Assembly (NCBI GenBank): GCA_038087875.1
Contig: CM075996.1
Coordinates: forward strand, 1,118,001-1,182,000
DNA from: Malacoraja senta
Taxonomy: Eukaryota
Length of the DNA stretch: 64,000 bases
Direction of reading: 5' to 3'
Under the pieces are notes generated by a model, which did not search any database, had not been told where the DNA came from, and was given only the letters and a program-made list of their open reading frames with translations. The translations under genes were made by a program, and so were the position numbers. Shown one piece after another: positions 40,117 through 53,901 of the stretch (the stretch's first letter is position 1; every line of letters begins with the position of its first letter).

Positions 40117-40841
40117 TGCCATATAAGCAAACTGACATGCTCTTAGAATCATATTCTACCACACAGTAACAGGCCCTTTGGCCCAACTTGTCCATGCTGA
40201 CCAAGATGCCCCATCTAAGCCACTGCCACCTGCCGCGTTTGGCCCATATCCTTCTAACCATTTCCTACCCATGTACCTGGCTAAATGTTTTACAGTATCC
40301 ACCTCAACCACCTCCTCTGGCAGCTCGTTCCATGCACCTGCCCACACTTTGTGTCAAAAGGTTAAACCCTGCGGTTCCTAATAAATCTTTCCCCACTCAC
40401 CTTAAACCCGCACCCTCTAGCTTTAAGCTCCTTTACCCTGAGAGAAGACTGTGGCCATTGCCCTGGTCTACAGCCCCCAGGATTTTGCATGCCTCAATAC
40501 AGTGGCCCCTCAGACTCCTACACAACATGGGGGGGGACATAAGGTCATAAGTGATAGAAGCATAATTAGGCCATTCAGCCCATCAACCCCTTCAGTCCCG
40601 GCAACATCCTCGTGAATATTTTCTGCACCCTTCCAGATTAATGACAGAGTGCAGAGCAAACCCAACTGACCCCACATTCCCATCAACTCCCTGCTGGTTC
40701 CTGCACCTTCACACTTGTGGCAATTCCCAGCAGATTTACCAACTCGCACGTCTTTGGGAGTTGGGAGGAAACCGGAGCACCCAGAGGAAATGCAAGTGTT
40801 GCCTCCCTTCAGTTGAAGAGTGCTTGCACACCACTGACTCC

Positions 40842-40970
40842 ACACCAGGGCTTGTCCGTGTACACCAGGGCTTGTCCGTGTACACCAGGGCTTGTCCGTG
40901 TACATCAGGGCTTGTCCGTGTACACCAGGGCTTGTGTGTGTACACCAGGGCTTGTGTGTGTACACCAGGG
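40842..40970. repeat. 20-bp tandem repeat (TACACCAGGGCTTGTCCGTG), about 6 copies
   Basis: Directly visible. Confidence 0.9.
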
Positions 40971-43135
40971 CAGGCCATGAATCTCCCAATTACCTGGCAG
41001 TGACTACAGAGTCCCATCACGTTGAGGCTGGAGAAACAGTGGGCTGTGGATTGCCTGGTGCATCTCTTGGCTGGGACAGTGAAACCTTGGAGAGAACCCA
41101 TTAATCATCCTGTAGCGTAGAGAGATGAATCAGAGGGACCGTAGACATGGAGCTGAATCACTGACAGAGGGAGAAGCCCATCGTTACCACAGGCCAATGT
41201 AGATGAGTCACTGATCGCGTTCTAGTGTGTGAGTGGTGAATTACAGGGTGTTGTGTAAAGGTGTTCCCGTGACGATTCCAGCTGCAATAGATGGAGGGGA
41301 CGCTGATGCTGCCTCCATGCAACAGGCCTGTCGTCACAGACTAGCAGTGGAGAGGCTCAAGCAAGGAGTTCATTGCCCAATGGCGGAACCAGAGGGGGCA
41401 TTGTGAGGGGTGAGGGGGGGGGAGGGCGAAGAGGGGGACTGTAGTGAGGTGGAGGAGGGAGCAGGTGGGGGTAGGTGAGAATTATACCCGGGCAGAGACG
41501 GGGCCCCTCTGTGCATGGCCCAGGCTACTGTGAGGGTGGGGGTGGGAGTGAAGGAGGGAGGGAGGCAGGGAGAGGGCAGGAGAGCCACTTCAAAGTGATA
41601 CAGAAGCAACAACACTGAAGTAACTGGATCCTGATGGGTTCAGGTCGCCGCTGCTGTCTGGGGCTCTTAGACTGATTAAAGTTGTAACCAAGTGAAAGCG
41701 GTGCCCCATTCAGTCCTGCTCTCTTGAATTGGAAACCTGACCTCGGCTTATTGTAGTCACCAAACAAGAAGAATAATGTTAATCCCCTTGATGCTGGAGT
41801 TACCTGTTGTCCAGGGGGCTGCCGAGGGAGGGAGGCACTGACCTGACCTGCGCTTCCCTTCAGTGTCAGCCAGTTTGTCTGAAGCAGATTATAGTTTGCA
41901 AAAAATCATCGACCTTCCCCCTGTACACGGGACAGAAGGGACATTCTTCCTTCTGTACCGTGTGTACGGGATCAGCTTTGAAGTACATTTTCTTGCAGCT
42001 GTGTGGTTCCAGATGTGCACATGTGTGCGGCCGTCTAATCCCGTCACACATTTGTTGCAGAGGATTACTGGGTGGCGTGGGTCGTATTTCTTTCCTCGGG
42101 CTCTGGTCGCTTGCGAGAGACTTGCTGGACCGGTGACCTTGCGCCCATTAGAGACTCTCCTGAAATAAACAGGGGATGGTCACCTTGTTGGGAGTGTACT
42201 AGAGGCCCCCAAATAGTCAATGGGAATTAGGACAAATCTGTCAGGAAACTGCAGGCAGCTGCAAGGTTGTCGTAGTTGGGGATATAAACTGGGATTGTCA
42301 TTGTTCGAAGGGCTGTGATGGGGTGGAATTTGCCAAATGTGTTCAGGAAAGTCTCCTCGGGCAATATGCAGAGGGCTGAAATGTATGACTCATCATTAGA
42401 CACACTTGAGGTGCCAGAAGACTGGAGGGTGGCTAATGTTGTGCCTCTATTTAAGAGCTGCAAGGAAAAACCTGGACATTATAGACTGACATCCGAGGTA
42501 GGCAAGTTACAGGAGAGGATGCTGGAGGATAAGAGACGTGCATTTGGATAGACAGGGACTGATTGGGGGTAGTCAGTTAGGTTTTGTATGGACAATCAGC
42601 CTTACGAATCTGATTGATTTTTTTGAAGAAGCAACCACAGATGTCCACATGGACTTCAGCAAGGAATTGATAAGGTTCTGTTGGGCAGGCTGGGACTTGA
42701 TTCCTTAGAGTGCTGGAGGCTGAGGGGTGATCCAACAGAGGTGTATAAGATCATGAGAGGAATAGATAGGTTGAAAGCACAGAATCTTTTACCCAGACTA
42801 GGGGAATCAGAGGACATAGGTTTAAGGTGAGGGGGGAAGATTTAATAGGAACCTGAGGGGCAACATTTTCACACAAAGGGTGGTGGGTATATGGAACGAG
42901 CTGCCAGAGACGGCAGTTGAGGCATGTACAATAACAACATTTAAAAACCATTTAGACAGGCTTAGAGGGATATGGGCCAAACGCAGAAGGTGTAGATGGG
43001 GTAGTGTTGGCATGGGCAAGTTGGGCCGAAGGGCCTGTTTCCGCGCTGTGTGACTTTATGACTGGGAAGGGGATTTAGATAAAGTCACAATGTTCCCATC
43101 CAAACTGTTCACAGAAATCGCAGATGAGCATGGCC

Positions 43136-43335
43136 NNNNNNNNNNNNNNNNNNNNNNNNNNNNNNNNNNNNNNNNNNNNNNNNNNNNNNNNNNNNNNNNN
43201 NNNNNNNNNNNNNNNNNNNNNNNNNNNNNNNNNNNNNNNNNNNNNNNNNNNNNNNNNNNNNNNNNNNNNNNNNNNNNNNNNNNNNNNNNNNNNNNNNNNN
43301 NNNNNNNNNNNNNNNNNNNNNNNNNNNNNNNNNNN
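43136..43335. other. Assembly gap (200 N)
   Basis: Run of N. Confidence 1.
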
Positions 43336-43711
43336 GGTACAGTGAAAAGTTTTTGTTGCGTGCTAACCAGTCAGCGGGAAGATAATACATGATTACAATT
43401 GAGCCACCCACAGTGTAGAGATACATGATAAGGGAATAATGTTTAGTGCAAGGTATCATAGTTGATGTAAGTAATGTTGCTGCAGGAGTAGAGATTCAAG
43501 AGCGTGTGATTGTAGATCTACTTCTGTGGCCAGCAGGTAAATAGCCACCTGTGTTGGGCATCAATCTCTCCATGGTCCCCCCCCCCCCCCCCCAACCAGT
43601 GTCGAGCGCAGAAACATCCCTGACCACTGCTCTGGCCCACAGCACCTTGCAGATACATGTCAGCTATAGCTGTGTCTAACACAAGCCAGACACTCCTCTC
43701 AGCCAAGCAGC

Positions 43712-43759
<48 letters not shown>

Positions 43760-44020
43760 GCCTCATTATCAAGAAGAGTTGACGCCAGATTTCATTGTGA
43801 AAATCCACACTTTCCGTGCGTGTTGTTTCCGACACCAAACGTGCGGCAGCAGGGAGCGTGAGCTGAGAGGAACCAGGAGCCCAGGCATCACCAGTCTCTC
43901 GAACTCTCAGCAAAGCCACTGGTCGTTGTGCAAAGCAGCGACATGTTAGTCAGAGGCACGATCCAACCACGAGGCCAGAGTGGTTTATTATCCTCTGTCC
44001 CGACAGCAGAACAATGAAAT

Positions 44021-44048
44021 CTGAAGAAGGGTCTCGACCTGAAACGTC
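44021..44048 (+). ncRNA. Minimal hammerhead ribozyme motif in a solo pLTR (44021-44148)
   Basis: CTGAAGA-agggtctcgacct-GAAACGTC. The element is flanked by acaatgaaatc at 44011-44021 and 44149-44159. Confidence 0.6.
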
Positions 44049-44934
44049 ACCCATTCCTTCTCTCCAGAGATGCTGCCTGTCCCGCTGAGTTACTCCAGCA
44101 TTTTGTGTCTGTCCTCGGTTTAAACCAGCATCTGCAGTTCCTTCCTCCACAATGAAATCCTTACTTGCAGCAGCTCCACAGACCTGTGACACAATGCACA
44201 TAGATCTAGACGCAAGAGGCAAGAGAGGGCTATCGCCAGAGTATGTCCAGTAATGGAACAATTGCATTGCAGTCTGGAGGCTGCAATGTACAATACACAT
44301 GTATTGTCTTTCTGTTAGAGAGATTAGAGAGAGATTCCTTTATTTGTCATTCAGACCTTTCGGTCTGAACGAAATTCCGTTGCCTGCAGTCATACATATA
44401 ATAATAAATAACAAAACACACAATAAACACAAATTAACATCCACCACAGTGAGTTCACCAGGCACCTCCTCACTGTGATGGAGGCAAAAGTCTTAAAGTC
44501 TCTGTCACTTCCCGCTTTGTTCTTCCTCTGCGTTGACTGGTTAGCAAGCAACAAAAAACCTCGGTACACATGTAAACTGAACTAATAGCCTGATGGTTGT
44601 AAGAAGCTGCTCCTGAATATATTAAAACCAAAAGTTAAATAAACTGCAGGCCACGAATGACAGGACACACAGCAGGATCCCATCGGCCCTTTGTGATCAT
44701 CCCCCCCCCACCTTCTCCAAACCCGGCAACTGTTGGCTCTCCTTGTCTCCACGCCTGGTCCACATTTCACATTGTGACAAGCCGTTGTACAAAACCTCTT
44801 TCCCCATCACCCTCACGCTTTGTTCTCTCTCTGCAGTCGGCCTGCCTCCTCTGCTTATTGAACAGTAATTAGGTTTCTCTTTTGTCTGAGGTTTTGGAAG
44901 CAAAGAGGAGCTGAAGTTGTGAACAGTGTGGTAG

Positions 44935-45450
44935 CAGAGGGAGGGATGGAGGGAGAGAGGGAGGGAGAGAGGGAGGGAGAGAGGGAGGGAGAGGGAGAGA
45001 GGGAGGGAGAGAGGGAGGGAGAGAGGGAGGGAGAGAGGGAGGGAGAGAGAGAGGGGGGAGAGAGGGAGGGAGAGAGGGAGAGAGGGAGGGAGGGAGAGAG
45101 GGAGGGAGAGAGGGAGGGAGGGAGGGAGGGAGAGAGGGAGGGAGAGAGGGAGAGAGAGAGGGAGGGAGGGAGAGAGGATGGAGAGTGGGTGGGAGAGAGG
45201 GAGGGAGGGAGGGAGGGAGGGAGGGAGAGAGGGAGAGAGGGGGGGAGAGAGGGGGGGAGAGAGGGAGGGAGAGAGGGGGGGAGGAGAGAGAGGGAGAGAG
45301 GGAGGGAGGGAGGGAGGGAGGGAGAGAGGGAGGGAGGGAGGGAGAGAGGGAGGGAGGGAGGGAGAGAGGGTGGGATAGAGGGAGGGAGAGAGGGTGGGAT
45401 GGAGGGAGGGAGGGAGGGTGGAATGGAGGGAGGGAGGGAGGGAGAGAGGG
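44935..45450. repeat. Polypurine GGGA/GAGA low-complexity tract
   Basis: About 500 bp of almost pure A/G. Confidence 0.95.
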
Positions 45451-45489
45451 TCGGTCATTTATGGCTGTAACCAAATTAAAAGATTTCAC

Positions 45490-46155
45490 GTGTAGGGAGG
45501 AACTACAGATGCTGGTTTACACCGAAAATAGACACAGAGTGCTGGAAACTTAGAAACATAGATAATAGGTGCAGGAGTAGGCCATTCGGCCCTTCGAGCC
45601 AGCACCGCCATTCAATGTGATCATGGCTGATCATTCACAATCAGTACCCGTTCCTGCTTTCTCCCCATATCCCCTGATTCCCTTAGCCCTAAGAGGTAAA
45701 TCTAACTAAGCTAAGCATTATTCAGCGGGTCAGGCAACATCTCTGGAGTAAAGGAATGGGTGATGTTTCTGGTCGAGACCCATCTTCAGACTGAGTCAGG
45801 GAGAGGGAAACGAGACTTGTGAAAAGGTACAGTGCAGATCAGAGCTGGCATCAATGGACAAAGAGCCCACAATGGTCCCTTGCTGGCTGTGGAAGAGATG
45901 ATTAATACAAACAGTAAAACTAGCAGGATGACTATGGAATGTAAAGCTGACTTGAAATTAGAGAAATCAATATTCATGCCGAAGATAGACACAAAAATCT
46001 GGAGTAACTCAGCGGGTCAGGCAGCATCTCTGGAGAGAAGGAATGGGTGATGTTTCGGGTCGAGACCCTCCTTCATACCACTGGGCTGTAAACTGCCTCA
46101 GTGAAATATGAGATGCTGTTCCTCCAATTTGTGCCGGGCCTCACTCTGACAGTGG
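45490..46155 (-). mobile_element. Penelope-like element 3' end (GIY-YIG C-terminal remnant plus pLTR) with two nested insertions
   Basis: Minus strand 46155-46080 joined to 45979-45951 translates HCQSEARHKLEEQHLIFH*GSLQPS-GMNIDFSNFK, matching the E..LI..L..LQP.G.N end of PLE GIY-YIG endonucleases, and runs into the pLTR. Nested: a CR1 tail (~45551-45708) and another pLTR (45980-46071, flanked by ttcatgcc/ttcatacc). Confidence 0.75.
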
Positions 46156-46444
46156 ACCTAGCGAGGGTTTCTGCTTTATTGAACATGTGAGGGAGGACTC
46201 CTTTATGAGGGGTGTTAGGCTCTTTCTACACGTATGTGTGGGAGTCTTGTATTAGCATAAGCGCGTGGGAGGCTGCTCTTTGCGTGTGGCTGTATGAAAT
46301 CTGTTTCCATGACTTCAGTGGAACTGGAAAATAAAAGAGGTATATCATGGACAGCTGAATCAATTCTGCACCCTAGCCCATCGTCAGAGTTTACCTGGCG
46401 GGTAGCTCACTGCCTCAGTCAGAGTTTACCTGGCGGGTAGCTCA

Positions 46445-46912
46445 AAGGCCTGTCCCACTTGGGCGACCTAATCCGCGAGTTCTGGCGAGTTTGCCCTCGA
46501 CTCATACTCGCAGCATGGTCGACACGAGGTCGTAGGAGGTCTTCGTAACTCTCCTTCATGCTCGAGAGTGGTCTCCGCGTACATATTTTTTTCAATATGT
46601 TAAAAAATGCCCGCGAGTAAAAATAGGTCGCCTTGGAAAAAAAATCGATACTTTTTTTACTCGTAGGTTTAGTCGTAGTAGGTCGTAGTAAGTCGGCATG
46701 TTAGTCGTAGGTAATCAAGGGTAGTCGAAGGTAGTCTTAGATAGTCTTCATCATAGTCGAAGGGCGATCGAAGGAGGTCGTCTTCACTCTCCACTATTCA
46801 GTGTCCAATTTTCCCGAAGTTAGTCGTAGCTGGTCTTCAACATAGTCGAAGGAGGTCTTCAACACGTCATTTTTTCAAACTCTTCTGAACTCGCCAATTA
46901 AGTCGCCCAAGT

Positions 46913-46947
<35 letters not shown>

Positions 46948-46954
46948 AGCCCCT
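46445..46954. mobile_element. PIF/Harbinger-like MITE
   Basis: TIRs AAGGCCTGTCCCACTTGGGCGACCTAAT and ATTAAGTCGCCCAAGTGG(G)nACAGCCCCT. 3-bp TSD TCA at 46442-46444 and 46955-46957. No ORF. Confidence 0.8.
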
Positions 46955-46987
46955 TCACTGTCTCAGTCAGAGTTTACCTGGCAGAGT

Positions 46988-47197
46988 TGTTCCCAGTGAG
47001 GTGTTCCCAGTGAGGTGTTCCCAGTGAGGTGTCCCCAGTGAGGTGTTCCCAGTGAGGTGTTCCCAGTGAGGTGATTCCAGCTGTTCCCAGCTGTTCCCAG
47101 TGAGGTGCTTCTCAGGTGTTTCTCAGGTATTTCCAGCTGTTCTCAGTGAGGTGTTTCTCAGGTGTTTCCAGCTGTTTCCAGCTGTTCCCATTGAGGT
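46988..47197. repeat. 15-bp tandem repeat (GTGTTCCCAGTGAGG-like)
   Basis: Directly visible, decaying toward the 3' end. Confidence 0.85.
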
Positions 47198-49354
47198 GTC
47201 ATTGGGGCTCGGGTGGGGAGGATCAGAGGTGATGCGGGCATCTGTGGATGTGGAATTGGGGTTACAGCCAGGTGCTGCCATCTTATTGTAATAGTGGGTC
47301 CAGGAGTGAAGAGCTTGTCCCTAGTTTGTGTGTATTCAGTGGCACTGCAGGCCGAGTCAGGTACGGTCAGTGTGCCCACCCCCAACCCTGCGGACCACTG
47401 CCCAGTCCGTCACCAGTCACCCACTACCCAATGTGATGCCAACACTTCTCCAATCAGATTGCCTGCCCAACACATGTTCACCTGACATTTTAACTCTTTG
47501 TCTTTCTCGTGGACACTTTGTCTTTGCCACGTTTCCATCCTCCATCCCTTCCTGTCTCATCTCCAACCTCTTTCTCCATCTTTCCCCCTCTCTACCTTCA
47601 CCTAATCTCTCTCCCTTCTCTCCATCATTCACCTTCGCCCTGACTCTTCCTCGCTCATCCTTCCTCGTCCTGTTGCCATGTTTACCTGTCTGATTGAAGC
47701 ATCGTCCCCTGGGAAGGGGGCGTAGCGAGACCCCTTTGAAGTTGTTGCCTGTGTCTGAACTGTTGCCTCTACGCCAATGCACAAAGATCAACAGGACATC
47801 TGTTGCTAGGTAACTCCCACTCCTTGAAGCATTGGCAACCTGCTCAGCAATCGATTCGATGAAATATCTATGAGTTAACTCTTTAGTTTAGAGATACAGC
47901 GCGGAAACAGGCCCTTCGGCCCACCGGGTCCGTGCCGACCAGCGATCCCCACACAGCGATCCCCACACATTAACACTATCCTACACACACTAGATTGAAG
48001 ATTCAAGATTCAAGAGAGTTTATTGTCATGTGTCCCAGATAGGACAATGCAATTCTTGCTTTGCTTCAGCACAACAGAATAGGGACAATTTGTATATTTA
48101 CCGAGGTAGAGTGATAAGGTTTTGTTGCTGTTATTTTATATTTATAACCAATATTAGACATTAACCGGACATATGATGGGAACATAAACTATTAGTGCTT
48201 TCAAAAAAGATCAGGCTCTGGAGAGAAGATTATTTGCAGAGAAAGAATTGAGGAATGAGCCTCTTTGGATCGCTCCACAAAGAGCTAGTATGTCACAAGA
48301 TGGGCCGAATGCCATTCTCTGCGCAGTAATGATTGCGAACACTCTGATCCTTTGCTTGGTTTCTATTCCCTTTGTAGTTATGCTTGTTGCTGTTCTGTTA
48401 AAAAAATCTCATTAAAAACCTCTCTCTCATTCCCTGTTTTCCGTTGGAAACTGTTCTAAGCTGTGCACCTGTCGTGGGGACGCCTCCCGCAGCTGTGGGA
48501 CCCAGCAGAGCCGCCCAGCGCGGAAACTTTACCTCCCCCCCCCCCCCCCACCACGTCACCGTCATGCAGCGGAAACACTGAGGCTGAAGGATTCATCCCT
48601 CAGGACGGCACCAATCTGTGCCCTGTGCTTTCAATAAATCCTGTGCAAACATCTACTACATGGAGAGATCTGCACTTGGATATCCTCCCCCCCCCTCTCC
48701 TCTACCCCCCTCCTCCCCCCTCCCTCCCCTCTCCCCCATTGTTATCATCTTGGTTTCCTGCTGGTGATTTTACTGTGTGAATTATCTGCGCTAATCCCCT
48801 CTCCAGAGGAGTGGTCCCAGTTAGCCCGGTGGGTGGGTGGGTGGGTGGGTGTGGGAGAATGTTCCACTTTGCCGGCTATATTTAGCCGCACATGTTGCAG
48901 CCTCTCCAGGGCGCGAACATGTTTTGGAACTGACATCACGTTTGACAGTGTTGTGCATCAGGGCCCTGCCTGTCAACTTGGCACTGGGTTAGCTTCAGTT
49001 CCAAGGGGCACGGCAGGGTTAGGGACAGGTGCTGCATGACGTCTCAGTCAGCGCACAGTGACGCAGGTGGAGTCAATGCCTCCCAGCTCCAGAGACACCG
49101 GTTCAATCCTGACCTCCGGTGCTGTGCGTGTGGAGTTTGCTCGTTCTCCCAGCGCCTGTCACTGTGCTTTTCTACCTCTCTTCCCTCACTTCAGTGGCTG
49201 CTTAAAATCTAACTCTGCGGTAAAGCTTTTGTGCTTTTAATGTGACCTGGTCGGTGCTGAGTCTGAGAGCTTCCTTGGGACTTTATCCTATTCATTACCC
49301 TTCACTTCTTGCTGTGGAATATACGCGTAGACACTAACTCCATGTAGCAATTGT

Positions 49355-50020
49355 GGAGACAAGGAACTGCAGGGCTGGGTTACAAAAAAAGACACAATGT
49401 TCTGGAGTAAATCAAATAGTAAGGCAGCATCTGTGGGAGAACATGGATAGGTGACGTTTCACAGAGTGCTGGAGTAACTCAGCGGGTCAGGCAGCATCTG
49501 TGGAGCGAAGGAAATGGGCAACCTTTCGGGCCGAAACCCTGAAGGAAATAGGCAACGTTTCGGGCCGAAACCCGGAAGGGTTTCGGGCCGAAACGTTGCC
49601 TATTTCCTTCGCTCCATAGATGCTGCCGGAACATGGATAGGTGACGTTTCACAGAGTGCTGGAGTAACTCAGCGGGTCAGGCAGCATCTGTGGAGAACAT
49701 GGATAGGTGACGTTTCACAGAGTGCTGGAGTAACTCAGCGGGTCAGGCAGCATCTGTGGAGAACATGGATAGGTGACGTTTCACAGAGTGCTGGAGTAAC
49801 TCAGCGGGTCAGGCAGCATCTGTGGAGAACATGGATAGGTGACGTTTCACAGAGTGCTGGAGTAACTCAGCGGGTCAGGCAGCATCTGTGGAGAACATGG
49901 ATAGGTGACGTTTTGGGTCGGAATGTTTTGAGTCCGAAGAAGGGACCTGAATCGAAACGTCACCTATCCATGTTCTCCAGAGATGCTGCCTGACCCGCTG
50001 AGTTACTCCAGCACTCTGTG
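49355..50020 (+). mobile_element. Composite pLTR-derived cassette with 66-bp tandem units, copy 1
   Basis: Tandem unit gaacatggataggtgacgtttcacagagtgctggagtaactcagcgggtcaggcagcatctgtgga, an internal palindrome at 49541-49610 and an inverted terminal arm. Confidence 0.85.
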
Positions 50021-50786
50021 TGTTTTTATACAGCAGTGGTAAGCAGGTGGTAACACAATGTGCTCTGGTCACCAGCGAGTGTTTATCAGGCTGGCTCTCT
50101 CTGGCAGGAAACTGTAACCAGGAAACTTCAGGGTGTTCCTGACGGCTACAGGGTGCAATGATTGAAGGAATAAACAGCCATTGTGAGGCCAGGGCCCCGG
50201 CCTTCCTGTGCCTTTTGCTCGTTGCTTCCACTCCGGAAGCGGGCTTGTTGCGGGATCTCACAGCCACATGGAACAAAGAGGCAACAAGGAGGCACTCTGA
50301 AGGCCGGCACTGACCCTGACCAGGTGCCTGCCCCGTGTACAGGTGAGTGGCCAGGTGCCCCGTGTACAGGTGAGTGGCCCTGTGTACAGGTGTGTGTTGC
50401 TGTAACCATGGCCAGGTGCCCCGTGTACATGTGAGTGGCCAGGTGCCCCGTGTACAGGTGAGTGACCCTGTGACCCTGGCCAGGTGACCCGTGTACAGGT
50501 GAGTGACCCTGGCCAGGTGCCCCGTGTACCGGTGTGTGCTGCAGTGCCTGCCTGCCATTATCATTTATGTTCCAACAACCCAGAGATCTCTCAGCATTCT
50601 CCAATTATTTCAAATCTACTGTGTGGGTTTTAGATGCGCGTGGGTCTTTAATAGTGAGCCTTTTCAAACAGTTGTCCAGGATATTAAGCTGTGTTGGAGG
50701 CAGGATTAGGATCATTCCAGCAGCGTGCCAGGGTAACGCTGTCATTCCGTCGAGCATGGAGCCCACGTGTTCAAGAGTGAGAGCAG

Positions 50787-51535
50787 GGCACCTGGCCAGG
50801 GTCACAGGGTCACTCACCTGTACAGGGGGCACCTGGCCAGGGTCACAGGGTCACTCACCTGTACAGGGGGCACCTGGCCAGGGTCACAGGGTCACTCACC
50901 TGTACAGGGGGCACCTGGCCAGGGTCACAGGGTCACTCACCTGTACAGGGGGCACCTGGCCAGGGTCACAGGGTCACTCACCTGTACAGGGGGCACCTGG
51001 CCAGGGTCACAGGGTCACTCACCTGTACAGGGGGCACCTGGCCAGGGTCACAGGGTCACTCACCTGTACAGGGGGCACCTGGCCAGGGTCACAGGGTCAC
51101 TCACCTGTACAGGGGGCACCTGGCCAGGGTCACAGGGTCACTCACCTGTACAGGGGGCACCTGGCCAGGGTCACAGGGTCACTCACCTGTACAGGGGGCA
51201 CCTGGCCAGGGTCACAGGGTCACTCACCTGTACAGGGGGCACCTGGCCAGGGTCACAGGGTCACTCACCTGTACAGGGGGCACCTGGCCAGGGTCACAGG
51301 GTCACACCTGTACACAGGGTCACTCACCTGTACAGGGGGCACCTGGCCAGGGTCACAGGGTCACTCACGTGTACAGGGGGCACCTGGCCAGGGTCACAGG
51401 GTCACTCACCTGTACACAGGGTCACTCACCTGTACAGGGGGGCACCTGGCCAGGGTCACAGGGTCACTCACCTGTACAGGGGGCACCTGGCCAGGGTCAC
51501 AGGGTCACTCACCTGTACAGGGGGCACCTGGCCAG
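50787..51535. repeat. 41-bp minisatellite (GGGGGCACCTGGCCAGGGTCACAGGGTCACTCACCTGTACA), about 18 copies
   Basis: Nearly identical units; the 41-aa periodicity in the ORF track equals three units. An inverted degenerate array lies at ~50318-50530. Confidence 0.95.
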
Positions 51536-52263
51536 GATTACAGCAACATTCACCTGTCCACCAGGTTAACGCCACGAGCTGCCAGAGGAAGCACAATGGC
51601 GACTTGGACAGATTCATGGATAGGATGTGGGACAAATGCAGGCAAATGCGACCAGCCCAAAATGCCATCTAGGTCAGCATGGACGAGGTGGGCCGAAGGG
51701 CCTGATTCCATGCCGCACCACTCTATAACTGGGGGGAGCAGAGTGGGACGGACATGCACGGTGAAAGTGGACGCTGGGCAGTCGGAAGCATCAACCACAG
51801 ATCAGGCGTGGGTGTGCTGGTCCTCAATGCTGAGTGAGTGAGTGAGTGAGGGAGTCGTGTATCTGTGCTCCGTGGACGGCTCGATTGTAATCATGTATTG
51901 TCTTTCCGCTGACTAGTTAGCACCCAACAAAAGCTTTTCACTGTACCTCGGTACACGTGACAATAAACTAAACTGAACTGAACTACCTCCCCTGTCTGTA
52001 CGAACTTTGAACAGATTTCTACTGAACAATGTGCGTAAGTGGGTCCAGTTTTCACTTCATATATTACCTTTCCTCAAGTCCTTGGGACCAGAATGCACCA
52101 TTTATCTGTCTGCTCTTTAATTTGTTGGCGTGTCGAAAGCAAACTCTACAGTGACGGTGCGATGGCAGATTGCGTGTCCACAGTTTAATATTGCATGTCA
52201 TCTCTTATTAGTCACAGAGACAAGCGTGTCATCAGCTGCAGCTCTTGCTCGGTCTAACCTGCG

Positions 52264-53901
<1,638 letters not shown>

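Noticed and set aside
49440..49910. Regular 66-bp repeats that could be mistaken for a CRISPR array
   Set aside because: Units are contiguous with no unique spacers, there are no cas genes, the context is eukaryotic, and the unit derives from the pLTR family.
50534..51841. 435-aa and 301-aa ORFs
   Set aside because: Products of a stop-free 41-bp tandem repeat.
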